Of a DNA stretch of 64,000 nt, positions 44,101-59,100 are shown piece after piece. Numbering within the stretch: the first letter of the stretch is position 1; each line of letters starts with the position of its first letter. Source of the stretch: Thalia democratica (Eukaryota); the NCBI GenBank assembly GCA_965202585.1, contig OZ241829.1, positions 26,350,001 to 26,414,000 of the forward strand, read 5' to 3'. Below the pieces are notes generated by a model that was not told the DNA's origin, did not search any database, and worked only from the letters and a program-made list of their open reading frames with translations. A program made the position numbers and the translations under genes.

Positions 44101-47100
44101 AATTAAGAAACATTCAAAACACGAATGTACCTAGATTGCATTTTTTTATGCCCAGTAAATCAATTTAACCAGGTCATAGAACCGCATTCAAACGGACTAT
44201 TCAAATTGGACACAAAAATATTTTTTAGTAGTCTATTGCACAAGACAAGTGTTACTCGGAAATATATGCATTTTTACTAAAAGACTCATATTTATAAGAG
44301 AAGTTTTGTAAAACTTTATACTCATATGTGTTTTGTTCTACGACTCAAAGTCGTATTAATTAGAATTTAGTTTCTAATCCTTAATGACTTACTGGGTTTA
44401 CATTCCCCTAGTTTTCCTGTCCATTTCCCATCACTATCACACTTCCTTTCGTTGTCTGATGCAGGAAAGAGTGTAAAGTCTTCGTTACATTGATACACAG
44501 CTGTATGATTCCATTCAGTGTGTTTTGTTACATCAGCTACACTTCCATTTAGAAGATCATTTGGAGCAGGTGGGCAATCTTGAAAGGAATTCAGAATAAA
44601 AGCTAATTTTTAGTTTGACTAACTATAAAAAAGTAGGATATGATATAAGTTGGCTGGTATATAAATCTAATTTTACGCATAACTATTAGTTAAAAATTAA
44701 GAAACATTGAAAACACGAATGTACCTAGATTGCATTTTTTTATGCCCAGTAAATCAATTTAACCAGGTCATAGAACCGCATTCAAACGGACTATTCAAAC
44801 TGGACACAAAAATATTTTTTAGTAGTCTATTGCACAAGACAAGTGTTGTTCGGAAATATATGCATTTTTACTAAAAGGCTCATATTTATAAGAGAAGTTT
44901 TGTAAAACTTTATAGAAACTCATATGTGTTTTGTTCTACGACTCAAAGTCGTATTAATCAGAATTTAGTTTCTAATCCTTGATGACTTACTGGGTTTACA
45001 TTCCCCTAGTTTTCCTGTCCATTTCCCATCACTATCACACTTCCTTTCGTTGTCTGATGCAGGAAAGAGTGTAAAGTCTTCGTTACATTGATACACAGCT
45101 GTATGATTCCATTCAGTGTGTTTTGTCACATCAGCTACACTTCCATTTAGAAGATCATTTGGAGCAGGTGGGCAATCTTGAAAGGAATTCAGAATAAAAG
45201 CTAATTTTTAGTTTGACTAACTATAAAAAAGTAGGATATGATATAAGTTGGCTGGTATATAAATCTAATTTTACGCATAACTATTAGTTAAAAATTAAGA
45301 AACATTCAAAACACGAATGTACCTAGATTGCATTTTTTTATGCCCAGTAAATCAATTTAACCAGGTCATAGAACCGCATTCAAACGGACTATTCACACTG
45401 GACACAAAAATATTTTTTAGTAGTCTATTGCACAAGACAAGTGTTGTTCGGAAATATATGCATTTTTACTAAAAGGCTCATATTTATAAGAGAAGTTTTG
45501 TAAAACTTTATAGAAACTCATATGTGTTTTGTTCTACGACTCAAAGTCGTATTAATTAGAATTTAGTTTCTAATCCTTGATGACTTACTGGGTTTACATT
45601 CCCCTAGTTTTCCTGTCCATTTCCCATCACTATCACACTTCCTTTCGTTGTCTGATGCAGGAAAGAGTGTAAAGTCTTCGTTACATTGATACACAGCTGT
45701 ATGATTCCATTCAGTGTGTTTTGTCACATCAGCTACACTTCCATTTAGAAGATCATTTGGAGCAGGTGGGCAATCTTGAAAGGAATTCAGAATAAAAGCT
45801 AATTCTTAGTTTGACTAACTATAAAAAATTAGGATATGATATAAGTTAGCTGGTATATAAATATAATTTTACGCATAATTATTAGTTAAAAATTAAGAAA
45901 CATTCAAAACACGAATGTACCTAAATTGCATTTTTTTATGCCCAGTAAATCAATTTAACCAGGTCATATAACCGCATTCAAACGGACTATTCAAACTGGA
46001 CACAAAAATATTTTTTAGTAGTCAATTGCACAAGACAAGTGTTGTTCGGAAATATATGCATTTTTACTAAAAGGCTCATATTTATAAGAGAAGTTTTGTA
46101 AAACTTTATAGAAACTCATATGTGTTTTGTTCTACGACTCAAAGTCGTATTAATTAGAATTTAGTTTCTAATCCTTGATGACTTACTGGGTTTACATTCC
46201 CCTAGTTTTCCTGTCCATTTCCCATCACTATCACACTTCCTTTCGTTGTCTGATGCAGGAAAGAGTGTAAAGTCTTCGTTACATTGATACACAGCTGTAT
46301 GATTCCATTCAGTGTGTTTTGTCACATCAGCTACACTTCCATTTAGAAGATCATTTGGAGCAGGTGGGCAATCTTGAAAGGAATTCAGAATAAAAGCTAA
46401 TTCTTAGTTTGACTAACTATAAAAAAGTAGGATATGATACAAGTTGGCTGGTATATAAATTTAATTTTACGCATAATTATTAGTTAAAAATTAAGAAACA
46501 TTCAAAACACGAATGTACCTAGATTGCATTTTTTTATGCCAAGTAAATCAATTAAACCAGGTGTGGTAGAACCGCATTCAAACAAACTATTCAAACTGGA
46601 CACAAAATTATTTTTTAGAAGCTTATTGCACAAGACAAGTGTTGTTCGAAAAAATATGCATTTTTACTAAAAGGCTCATATTTATAAGAGAAGTTTTGTA
46701 AAACTTTATAGAAACTCATATGTGTTTTGTTCTACGACTCAAAGTCTTATTAATTAGAATTTAGTTTCTAATCCTTGATGACTTACTGGGTTTACATTCC
46801 CCTAGTTTTCCTGTCCATTTCCCATCACTATCACACTTCCTTTCGTTGTCTGATGCAGGAAAGAGTGTAAAGTCTTCGTTACATTGATACACAGCTGTAT
46901 GATTCCATTCAGTGTGTTTTGTCACATCAGCTACACTTCCATTTAGAAGATCATTTGGAGCAGGTGGGCAATCTTGAAAGGAATTCAGAATAAAAGCTAA
47001 TTCTTAGTTTGACTAACTATAAAAAAGTATGATATGATATAATTTGGCTGGTATATAAATCTAATTTTACGCATAACTATTAGTTAAAAATTAAGAAACA

Positions 47101-50100
47101 TTCAAAACACGAATGTACCTAGATTGCATTTTTTTATGCTCAGTAAATCAATTTAACCAGGTCATAGAACCGCATTCAAACGGACTATTCAAACTGGACA
47201 CAAAAATATTTTTTAGTAGTCTATTGCACAAGACAAGTGTTGTTCGGAAATATATGCATTTTTACTAAAAGACTCATATTTATAAGATTAGTTTTGTAAA
47301 ACTTTATAGAAACTCATATGTGTTTTGTTCTACGACTCAAAGTCGTATTAATTAGAATTTAGTTTCTAATCCTTGATGACTTACTGGGTTTACATTCCCC
47401 TAGTTTTCCTGTCCATTTCCCATCACTATCACACTTCCTTTCGTTGTCTGATGCAGGAAAGAGTGTAAAGTCTTCGTTACATTGATACACAGCTGTATGA
47501 TTCCATTCAGTGTGTTTTGTCACATCAGCTACACTTCCATTTAGAAGATCATTTGGAGCAGGTGGGCAATCTTGAAAGGAATTCAGAATAAAAGCTAATT
47601 CTTAGTTTGACTAACTATAAAAAATTAGGATATGATATAAGTTAGCTGGTATATAAATATAATTTTACGCATAATTATTAGTTAAAAATTAAGAAACATT
47701 CAAAACACGAATGTACCTAGATTGCATTTTTTTATGCTCAGTAAATCAATTTAACCAGGTCATAGAACCGCATTCAAACGGACTATTCAAACTGGACACA
47801 AAATTATTTTTTAGAAGCTTATTGCACAAGACAAGTGTTGTTCGAAAAAATATGCATTTTTACTAAAAGGCTCATATTTATAAGAGTAGTTTTGTAAAAC
47901 TTTATAGAAACTCATATGTGTTTTGTTCTACGACTCAAAGTCGTATTAATTAGAATTTAGTTTCTAATCCTTGATGACTTACTGGGTTTACATTCCCCTA
48001 GTTTTCCTGTCCATTTCCCATCACTATCACACTTCCTTTCGTTGTCTGATGCAGGAAAGAGTGTAAAGTCTTCGTTACATTGATACACAGCTGTATGATT
48101 CCATTCAGTGTGTTTTGTCACATCAGCTACACTTCCATTTAGAAGATCATTTGGAGCAGGTGGGCAATCTTGAAAGGAATTCAGAATAAAAGCTAATTCT
48201 TAGTTTGACTAACTATAAAAAAGTAGGATATGATATAAGTTGGCTGGTATATAAATGTAATTTTACGCATAACTATTAGTTAAAAATTAAGAAACATTCC
48301 AAACACGAATGTACCTAGATTGCAATTTTTTATGCCCAGTAAATCAATTTAACCAGGTCATAGAACTGCATTCAAACGGACTATTCAAACTGGACACAAA
48401 AATATTTTTTAGTAGTCTATTGCACAAGACAAGTGTTGTTCGGAAATATATGCATTTTTACTAAAAGGCTCATATTTATAAGAGAAGTTTTGTAAAACTT
48501 TATAGAAACTCATATGTGTTTTGTTCTACGACTCAAAGTCGTATTAATTAGAATTTAGTTTCTAATCCTCGATGACTTACTGGGTTTACATTCCCCTAGT
48601 TTTCCTGTCCATTTCCCATCACTATCACACTTCCTTTCGTTGTCTGATGCAGGAAAGAGTGTAAAGTCTTCGTTACATTGATACACAGCTGTATGATTCC
48701 ATTCAGTGTGTTTTGTCACATCAGCTACACTTCCATTTAGAAGATCATTTGGAGCAGGTGGGCAATCTTGAAAGGAATTCAGAATAAAAGCTAATTCTTA
48801 GTTTGACTAACTATAAAAAAGTAGGATATGATATAAGTTGGCTGGTATATAAATCTAATTTTACGCATAACTATTAGTTAAAAATTAAGAAACATTCAAA
48901 ACACGAATGTACCTAGATTGCATTTTTTTATGCTCAGTAAATCAATTTAACCAGGTCATAGAACCGCATTCAAACGGACTATTCAAACTGGACACAAAAA
49001 TATTTTTTAGTAGTCTATTGCACAAGACAAGTGTTGTTCGGAAATATATGCATTTTTACTAAAAGACTCATATTTATAAGAGAAGTTTTGTAAAACTTTA
49101 TAGAAACTCATATGTGTTTTGTTCTACGACTCAAAGTCGTATTAATTAGAATTTAGTTTCTAATCCTTGATGACTTACTGGGTTTACATTCCCCTAGTTT
49201 TCCTGTCCATTTCCCATCACTATCACACTTCCTTTCGTTGTCTGATGCAGGAAAGAGTGTAAAGTCTTCGTTACATTGATACACAGCTGTATGATTCCAT
49301 TCAGTGTGTTTTGTCACATCAGCTACACTTCCATTTAGAAGATCATTTGGAGCAGGTGGGCAATCTTGAAAGGAATTCAGAATAAAAGCTAATTCTTAGT
49401 TTGACTAACTATAAAAAAGTAGGATATGATATAAGTTGGCTGGTATATAAATCTAATTTTACGCATAACTATTAGTTAAAAATTAAGAAACATTCAAAAC
49501 ACGAATGTACCTAGATTGCATTTTTTTATGCCAAGTAAATCAATTAAACCAGGTCATAGAACCGCATTCAAACGGACTATTCAAACTGGACACAAAAATA
49601 TTTTTTAGTAGTCTATTGCACAAGACAAGTGTTGTTCGGAAATATATGCATTTTTACTAAAAGGCTCATATTTATAAGAGAAGTTTTGTAAAACTTTATA
49701 GAAACTCATATGTGTTTTGTTCTACGACTCAAAGTCGTATTAATTAGAATTTAGTTTCTAATCCTTGATGACTTACTGGGTTTACATTCCCCTAGTTTTC
49801 CTGTCCATTTCCCATCACTATCACACTTCCTTTCGTTGTCTGATGCAGGAAAGAGTGTAAAGTCTTCGTTACATTGATACACAGCTGTATGATTCCATTC
49901 AGTGTGTTTTGTCACATCAGCTACACTTCCATTTAGAAGATCATTTGGAGCAGGTGGGCAATCTTGAAAGGAATTCAGAATAAAAGCTAATTCTTAGTTT
50001 GACTAACTATAAAAAAGTAGGATATGATATAAGTTGGCTGGTATATAAATCCAATTTTACGCATAACTATTAGTTAAAAATTAAGAAACATTCAAAACAC

Positions 50101-53100
50101 GAATGTACCTAGATTGCAATTTTTTATGCCCAGTAAATCAATTTAACCAGGTCATAGAACCGCATTCAAACGGACTATTCAAACTGGACACAAAAATATT
50201 TTTTAGTAGTCTATTGCACAAGACAAGTGTTGTTCGGAAATATATGCATTTTTACTAAAAGGCTCATATTTATAAGAGAAGTTTTGTAAAACTTTATAGA
50301 AACTCATATGTGTTTTGTTCTACGACTCAAAGTCGTATTAATTAGAATTTAGTTTCTAATCCTTGATGACTTACTGGGTTTACATTCCCCTAGTTTTCCT
50401 GTCCATTTCCCATCACTATCACACTTCCTTTCGTTGTCTGATGCAGGAAAGAGTGTAAAGTCTTCGTTACATTGATACACAGCTGTATGATTCCATTCAG
50501 TGTGTTTTGTCACATCAGCTACACTTCCATTTAGAAGATCATTTGGAGCAGGTGGGCAATCTTGAAAGGAATTCAGAATAAAAGCTAATTCTTAGTTTGA
50601 CTAACTATAAAAAAGTAGGATATGATATAAGTTGGCTGGTATATAAATGTAATTTTACGCATAACTATTAGTTAAAAATTAACAAACATTCAAAACACGA
50701 ATGTACCTAGATTGCATTTTTTTATGCCCAGTAAATCAATTTAACCAGGTCATAGAACCGCATTCAAACGGACTATTCAAACTGGACACAAAAATATTTT
50801 TTAGTAGTCTATTGCACAAGACAAGTGTTGTTCGGAAATATATGCATTTTTACTAAAAGACTCATATTTATAAGAGAAGTTTTGTAAAACTTTATAGAAA
50901 CTCATATGTGTTTTGTTCTACGACTCAAAGTCGTATTAATTAGAATTTAGTTTCTAATCCTTGATGACTTACTGGGTTTACATTCCCCTAGTTTTCCTGT
51001 CCATTTCCCATCACTATCACACTTCCTTTCGTTGTCTGATGCAGGAAAGAGTGTAAAGTCTTCGTTACATTGATACACAGCTGTATGATTCCATTCAGTG
51101 TGTTTTGTCACATCAGCTACACTTCCATTTAGAAGATCATTTGGAGCAGGTGGGCAATCTTGAAAGGAATTCAGAATAAAAGCTAATTCTTAGTTTGACT
51201 AACTATAAAAAAGTAGGATATGATATAAGTTGGCTGGTATATAAATCTAATTTTACGCATAACTATTAGTTAAAAATTAAGAAACATTCCAAACACGAAT
51301 GTACCTAGATTGCAATTTTTTATGCCCAGTAAATCAATTTAACCAGGTCATAGAACTGCATTCAAACGGACTATTCAAACTGGACACAAAAATATTTTTT
51401 AGTAGTCTATTGCACAAGACAAGTGTTGTTCGGAAATATATGCATTTTTACTAAAAGGCTCATATTTATAAGAGAAGTTTTGTAAAACTTTATAGAAACT
51501 CATATGTGTTTTGTTCTACGACTCAAAGTCGTATTAATTAGAATTTAGTTTCTAATCCTTGATGACTTACTGGGTTTACATTCCCCTAGTTTTCCTGTCC
51601 ATTTCCCATCACTATCACACTTCCTTTCGTTGTCTGATGCAGGAAAGAGTGTAAAGTCTTCGTTACATTGATACACAGCTGTATGATTCCATTCAGTGTT
51701 TTTTGTCACATCAGCTATACTTCCATTTAGAAGATCATTTGGAGCAGGTGGGCAATCTTGAAAGGAATTCAGAATAAAAGCTAATTCTTAGTTTGACTAA
51801 CTATAAAAAAGTAGGATATGATATAAGTTGGCTGGTATATAAAATTAATTTTACGCATAATTATTAGTTAAAAATTAACAAACATTCAAAACACGAATGT
51901 ACCTAGATTGCATTTTTTTATGCCCAGTAAATCAATTTAACCAGGTCATAGAACTGCATTCAAACGGACTATTCAAACTGGACACAAAATTATTTTTTAG
52001 TAGTCAATTGCACAAGACAAGTGTTGTTCGGAAAAATATGCATTTTTACTAAAAGGCTTATATTTATAAGATTAGTTTTGTAAAACTTTATAGAAACTCA
52101 TATGTGTTTTGTTCTACGACTCAAAGTCTTATTAATTAGAATTTAGTTTCTAACCCTTGATGACTTACTGGGTTTACATTCCCCTAGTTTTCCTGTCCAT
52201 TTCCCATCACTATCACACTTCCTTTCGTTGTCTGATGCAGGAAAGAGTGTAAAGTCTTCGTTACATTGATACACAGCTGTATGATTCCATTCAGTGTGTT
52301 TTGTCACATCAGCTACACTTCCATTTAGAAGATCATTTGGAGCAGGTGGGCAATCTTGAAAGGAATTCAGAATAAAAGCTAATTCTTAGTTTGACTAACT
52401 ATAAAAAAGTAGGATATGATATAAGTTGGCTGGTATATAAATCTAATTTTACGCATAATTATTAGTTAAAAATTAAGAAACATTCAAAACACGAATGTAC
52501 CTAGATTGCATTTTTTTATGCTCAGTAAATCAATTTAACCAGGTCATAGAACCGCATTCAAACGGACTATTCAAACTGGACACAAAAATATTTTTTAGTA
52601 GTCTATTGCACAAGACAAGTGTTGTTCGGAAATATATGCATTTTTACTAAAAGGCTCATATTTATAAGATTAGTTTTGTAAAACTTTATAGAAACTCATA
52701 TGTGTTTTGTTCTACGACTCAAAGTCTTATTAATTAGAATTTAGTTTCTAACCCTTGATGACTTACTGGGTTTACATTCCCCTAGTTTTCCTGTCCATTT
52801 CCCATCACTATCACACTTCCTTTCGTTGTCTGATGCAGGAAAGAGTGTAAAGTCTTCGTTACATTGATACACAGCTGTATGATTCCATTCAGTGTGTTTT
52901 GTCACATCAGCTACACTTCCATTTAGAAGATCATTTGGAGCAGGTGGGCAATCTTGAAAGGAATTCAGAATAAAAGCTAATTTTTAGTTTGACTAACTAT
53001 AAAAAAGTAGGATATGATATAAGTTGGCTGGTATATAAATTTAATTTTACGCATAACTATTAGTTAAAATTAAGAAACATTCAAAACACGAATGTACCTA

Positions 53101-56100
53101 GATTGCATTTTTTTATGCCAAGTAAATCAATTAAACCAGGTGTGGTAGAACCGCATTCAAACGGACTATTCAAACTGGACACAAAATTATTTTTTAGAAG
53201 CTTATTGCACAAGACAAGTGTTGTTCGAAAAAATATGCATTTTTACTAAAAGGCTCATATTTATAAGATTAGTTTTGTAAAACTTTATAGAAACTCATAT
53301 GTGTTTTGTTCTACGACTCAAAGTCGTATTAATTAGAATTTAGTTTCTAACCCTTGATGACTTACTGGGTTTACATTCCCCTAGTTTTCCTGTCCATTTC
53401 CCATCACTATCACACTTCCTTTCGTTGTCTGATGCAGGAAAGAGTGTAAAGTCTTCGTTACATTGATACACAGCTGTATGATTCCATTCAATGTGTTTTG
53501 TCACATCAGCTACACTTCCATTTAGAAGATCATTTGGAGCAGGTGGGCAATCTTGAAAGGAATTCAGAATAAAAGCTAATTCTTAGTTTGACTAACTATA
53601 AAAAAGTAGGATATGATATAAGTTGGCTGGTATATGAATCTAATTTTACGCATAACTATTAGTTAAAAATTAAGAAACATTCAAAACACGAATGTACCTA
53701 GATTGCAATTTTTTATGCCCAGTAAATCAATTTAACCAGGTCATAGAACCGCATTCAAACGGACTATTCAAACTGGACACAAAAATATTTTTTAGTAGTC
53801 TATTGCACAAGACAAGTGTTGTTCGGAAATATATGCATTTTTACTAAAAGGCTCATATTTATAAGATTAGTTTTGTAAAACTTTATAGAAACTCATATGT
53901 GTTTTGTTCTACGACTCAAAGTCGTATTAATTAGAATTTAGTTTCTAATCCTTGATGACTTACTGGGTTTACATTCCCCTAGTTTTCCTGTCCATTTCCC
54001 ATCACTATCACACTTCCTTTCGTTGTCTGATGCAGGAAAGAGTGTAAAGTCTTCGTTACATTGATACACAGCTGTATGATTCCATTCAGTGTGTTTTGTC
54101 ACATCAGCTACACTTCCATTTAGAAGATCATTTGGAGCAGGTGGGCAATCTTGAAAGGAATTCAGAATAAAAGCTAATTCTTAGTTTGACTAACTATAAA
54201 AAAGTAGGATATGATATAAGTTGGCTGGTATATAAATTTAATTTTACGCATAATTATTAGTTAAAAATTAACAAACATTCAAAACACGAATGTACCTAGA
54301 TTGCATTTTTTTATGCCCAGTAAATCAATTTAACCAGGTCATAGAACCGCATTCAAACGGACTATTCAAACTGGACACAAAATTATCTTTTAGTAGTCAA
54401 TTGCACAAGACAAGTGTTGTTCGGAAAAATATGCATTTTTACTAAAAGGCTCATATTTATAAGATTAGTTTTGTAAAACTTTATAGAAACTCATATGTGT
54501 TTTGTTCTACGACTCAAAGTCTTATTAATTAGAATTTAGTTTCTAACCCTTGATGACTTACTGGGTTTACATTCCCCTAGTTTTCCTGTCCATTTCCCAT
54601 CACTATCACACTTCCTTTCGTTGTCTGATGCAGGAAAGAGTGTAAAGTCTTCGTTACATTGATACACAGCTGTATGATTCCATTCAGTGTGTTTTGTCAC
54701 ATCAGGTACACTTCCATTTAGAAGATCATTTGGAGCAGGTGGGCAATCTTGAAAGGAATTCAGAATAAAAGCTAATTCTTAGTTTGACTAACTATAAAAA
54801 AGTAGGATATGATATAAGTTGGCTGGTATATAAATTTAATTTTACGCATAATTATTAGTTAAAAATTAACAAACATTCAAAACACGAATGTACCTAGATT
54901 GCATTTTTTTATGCCCAGTAAATCAATTTAACCAGGTCATAGAACCGCATTCAAACGGACTATTCAAACTAGACACAAAATTATTTTTTAGTAGTCAATT
55001 GCACAAGACAAGTGTTGTTCGGAAAAATATGCATTTTTACTAAAAGGCTCATATTTATAAGATTAGTTTTGTAAAACTTTATAGAAACTCATATGTGTTT
55101 TGTTCTACGACTCAAAGTCTTATTAATTAGAATTTAGTTTCTAACCCTTGATGACTTACTGGGTTTACATTCCCCTAGTTTTCCTGTCCATTTCCCATCA
55201 CTATCACACTTCCTTTCGTTGTCTGATGCAGGAAAGAGTGTAAAGTCTTCGTTACATTGATACACAGCTGTATGATTCCATTCAGTGTGTTTTGTCACAT
55301 CAGCTACACTTCCATTTAGAAGATCATTTGGAGCAGGTGGGCAATCTTGAAAGGAATTCAGAATAAAAGCTAATTCTTAGTTTGACTAACTATAAAAAAG
55401 TAGGATATGATATAAGTTGGCTGGTATATAAATCTAATTTTACGCATAATTATTAGTTAAAAATTAAGAAACATTCAAAACACGAATGTACCTAGATTGC
55501 ATTTTTTTATGCTCAGTAAATCAATTTAACCAGGTCATAGAACCGCATTCAAACGGACTATTCAAACTGGACACAAAAATATTTTTTAGTAGTCTATTGC
55601 ACAAGACAAGTGTTGTTCGGAAATATATGCATTTTTACTAAAAGACTCATATTTATAAGAGAAGTTTTGTAAAACTTTATAGAAACTCATATGTGTTTTG
55701 TTCTACGACTCAAAGTCGTATTAATTAGAATTTAGTTTCTAATCCTTGATGACTTACTGGGTTTACATTCCCCTAGTTTTCCTGTCCATTTCCCATCACT
55801 ATCACACTTCCTTTCGTTGTCTGATGCAGGAAAGAGTGTAAAGTCTTCGTTACATTGATACACAGCTGTATGATTCCATTCAGTGTGTTTTGTCACATCA
55901 GCTACACTTCCATTTAGAAGATCATTTCGAGCAGGTGGGCAATCTTGAAAGGAATTCAGAATAAAAGCTAATTCTTAGTTTGACTAACTATAAAAAATTA
56001 GGATATGATATAAGTTGGCTGGTATATAAATTTAATTTTAAGCATAATTATTAGTTAAAAATTAACAAACATTCAAAACACGAATGTACCTAGATTGCAT

Positions 56101-59100
56101 TTTTTTATGCCCAGTAAATCAATTTAACCAGGTCATAGAACCGCATTCAAACGGACTATTCAAACTGGACACAAAAATATTTTTTAGTAGTCTATTGCAC
56201 AAGACAAGTGTTGTTCGGAAATATATGCATTTTTACTAAAAGACTCATATTTATAAGAGAAGTTTTGTAAAACTTTATAGAAACTCATATGTGTTTTGTT
56301 CTACGACTCAAAGTCTTATTAATTAGAATTTAGTTTCTAATCCTCGAAGACTTACTGGGTTTACATTCCCCTAGTTTTCCTGTCCATTTCCCATCACTAT
56401 CACACTTCCTTTCGTTGTCTGATGCAGGAAAGAGTGTAAAGTCTTCGTTACATTGATACACAGCTTTATGATTCCATTCAGTGTGTTTTGTCACATCAGG
56501 TACACTTCCATTTAGAAGATCATTTGGAGCAGGTGGGCAATCTTGAAAGGAATTCAGAATAAAAGCTAATTCTTAGTTTGACTAACTATAAAAAAGTAGG
56601 ATATGATACAATTATATAAATTTAATTTTACGCATAATTATTAGTTTAAATCAGTACTGCTTATTGTTTTTGAAACTCTTTATAAAAAGGTGCCGTGTAA
56701 AAAAAGCGATTAGGGTAGCAAAGTACAATTTTTATTTAAAAATAAACTAGAAACAACAATAAAAAATCAGAATACACTTGCTCATTACGAATCAGATTCG
56801 CAAACCTGGATGGCACTTTGGCTCTGTGTCTTTACTGTCCCAAGAACCGTCTGATTTACAGGTGAGACGACCAGCGCCGCTCGAAAGCCCGTAGCCACTA
56901 TCGCACACAAAAGTCACAATGTCCTCAGGAAGAAAGTAAGGGGGTTTTGCTCGATAAACAGACACCGCTACGTTGTTTATCGTTGTGCTTATAAGCGGGC
57001 ACTCTGTACAAGATTTTTATACGATGTTACTTGGTAGTGATCATAAGCGGACACTCTGTTTAAAATTTTATTGCCTATGTGCTTTGTTAAAAAAAGAAAC
57101 TTATAGCAGTTGTTGTCTTTCAAGTTAAATGCTTACTACTTCTTATGAGTTTTTACTAATGTTCAGTGAAACAGTGTTGTTCACAAATTTTATAAAAGTT
57201 CAAACGGCTGGTTTTGTTAAAATTACTAACAAATAGAAGAAACCAAACAGCCTAAAATACAATTAGTTACTAAATAACGTCTAAAAGTAAGATTTTAACG
57301 ATATTAAAAAAAAAATATTTTTTATACTTTAATTTCAATAATTCTTTCAGAAGAGGATAATTTTTATTTAAGTATTAAAAAGCTATGTTCTTTAATACTT
57401 CGGTAAGTTTTATTGACGAATATTAGTTTTTAAATTAAAACCTTTTTTCTAACAGCTATTTATATTTATTTTGTTTATCAAGAAAAAACTACAACACACT
57501 TTATGAAATTTAAAACAGTTACTTAAATAACTTTTCCTAGTTTAAGACAAAAAAAAACATTAGAAATAATTTTAAAAAAATTATCAAAAATCTAAGTAAT
57601 TTTTAAACTTAAACTACATTTTTTACGACTTTTAAACATAAAAAATCATTACCCATACTTTTTAACATTGCACACTTACAACCGAACAAATGTAAAAAAA
57701 TACCTCGTACGCAATCGCCAGGGTTACCGTCGAGCTTGCCGTCTTCGGTGCAGTTTATGACGTCATAGTTGCCGGTGTACACTAGATTATCATTGCATTT
57801 GTACCTGACTTGTGTTTCGATTGCGTAAGTGGAGTTCACTGTGACGTAACTCAAACCTATCTTCGTACCGTTCGAGATTGTAGGGAAGTCGCCGCAAGCT
57901 GGTGGGAATTTTTTTTTGGATTTTTAGATTTTTTATATTTTGGAGATTAAACTTTGGGTATCTTTTAAAATTTTTCAAGTTTGGTTTAAGTATAAGATTG
58001 TCTTTTTAAGTTTATAAACTGTTGTCAAACTTTAAAGATTAATTAGAGACAAAGTGTTGTGTAAGTAACACATTGAACCAATTATGCTATATAAAATACT
58101 TTTATAAAGCTGAATAGCACTTCCTAGATTTATCAAACTTTAGTAAATAAAATTCAAGATTTTTAGTAGCTGATTAACAATAAAATCTAATAAAACTATG
58201 TTTGTTTGTTATGTGGTCATTAAAGAGTTTTGTCAATACAAACATAACAAAAGTTTTGTAATTAAACAAATATTACAAAGTTTCTACATATGTTTTTTTT
58301 TTGTAAATTCGTTAGTATATTTAAAGACAAAGTTTTACTAGATGTAAAACTACCAATTCGATTACCTTAAGAACAAAAAATTTACTCACAAAAGTTTACT
58401 TAAATAATCATAGAAAAAGCAATAAAAATATATGAAGAAGTTTATTTTTAGTAAAAACTAACTTATTGTAAATTCTCTAGTAAGAGTTAAAGTACCATTA
58501 GCAAATAAACTATATTTGTTTTTGTTCTAATTAATGTTACATTAATTTGATTTGTTTATTGAGTTGCTTATTAAAATACTAAAGCTATTAGAAAATTAAA
58601 AAAAACTGACCAACGCTTTAAGACTTTGGTCAGCAACCTTTTATAAGTAACGGGCTAAATTTACTAGTTAGAGTTTTTGCAAGCCGAACTTTTAAGAAAA
58701 AATCAGAACAAAGTAGTATTAAGAGATAAAATTTTTCAAAAATAAAACTGGCAAAATAACCATTAAACTAGCATATATGTCTGCTCACAGTTGATTAAAG
58801 ACTATACTAATAAGTTTTTATTAGAAAAATATCAATTTAATTGCATTGAACAGTCGATAGTTTGCCGGCACTCTGCTGAACAGCTTTGTTTTTCAAATGA
58901 AAACACATTTACAAGATACCAAGCTATTTTCAACTAACATCTGAAGCACGATCCCATTGTACCCACTGGTATGAAAAACCAAGTACTGTACTCATCACAC
59001 ATCGCTCCCACAAAACTATCAGGCACCATCGTGTAGCTTGTGTTGCAACTGTACTTTACAACAGTACCAGGCAGGTAGACTCCTTCGTAGACCCAGTTGG

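Noticed and set aside
43452-56645. Array as CRISPR or non-coding satellite
   Set aside because: The 598-bp unit has no unique spacers and contains a spliceable, open CCP exon in a eukaryotic gene.
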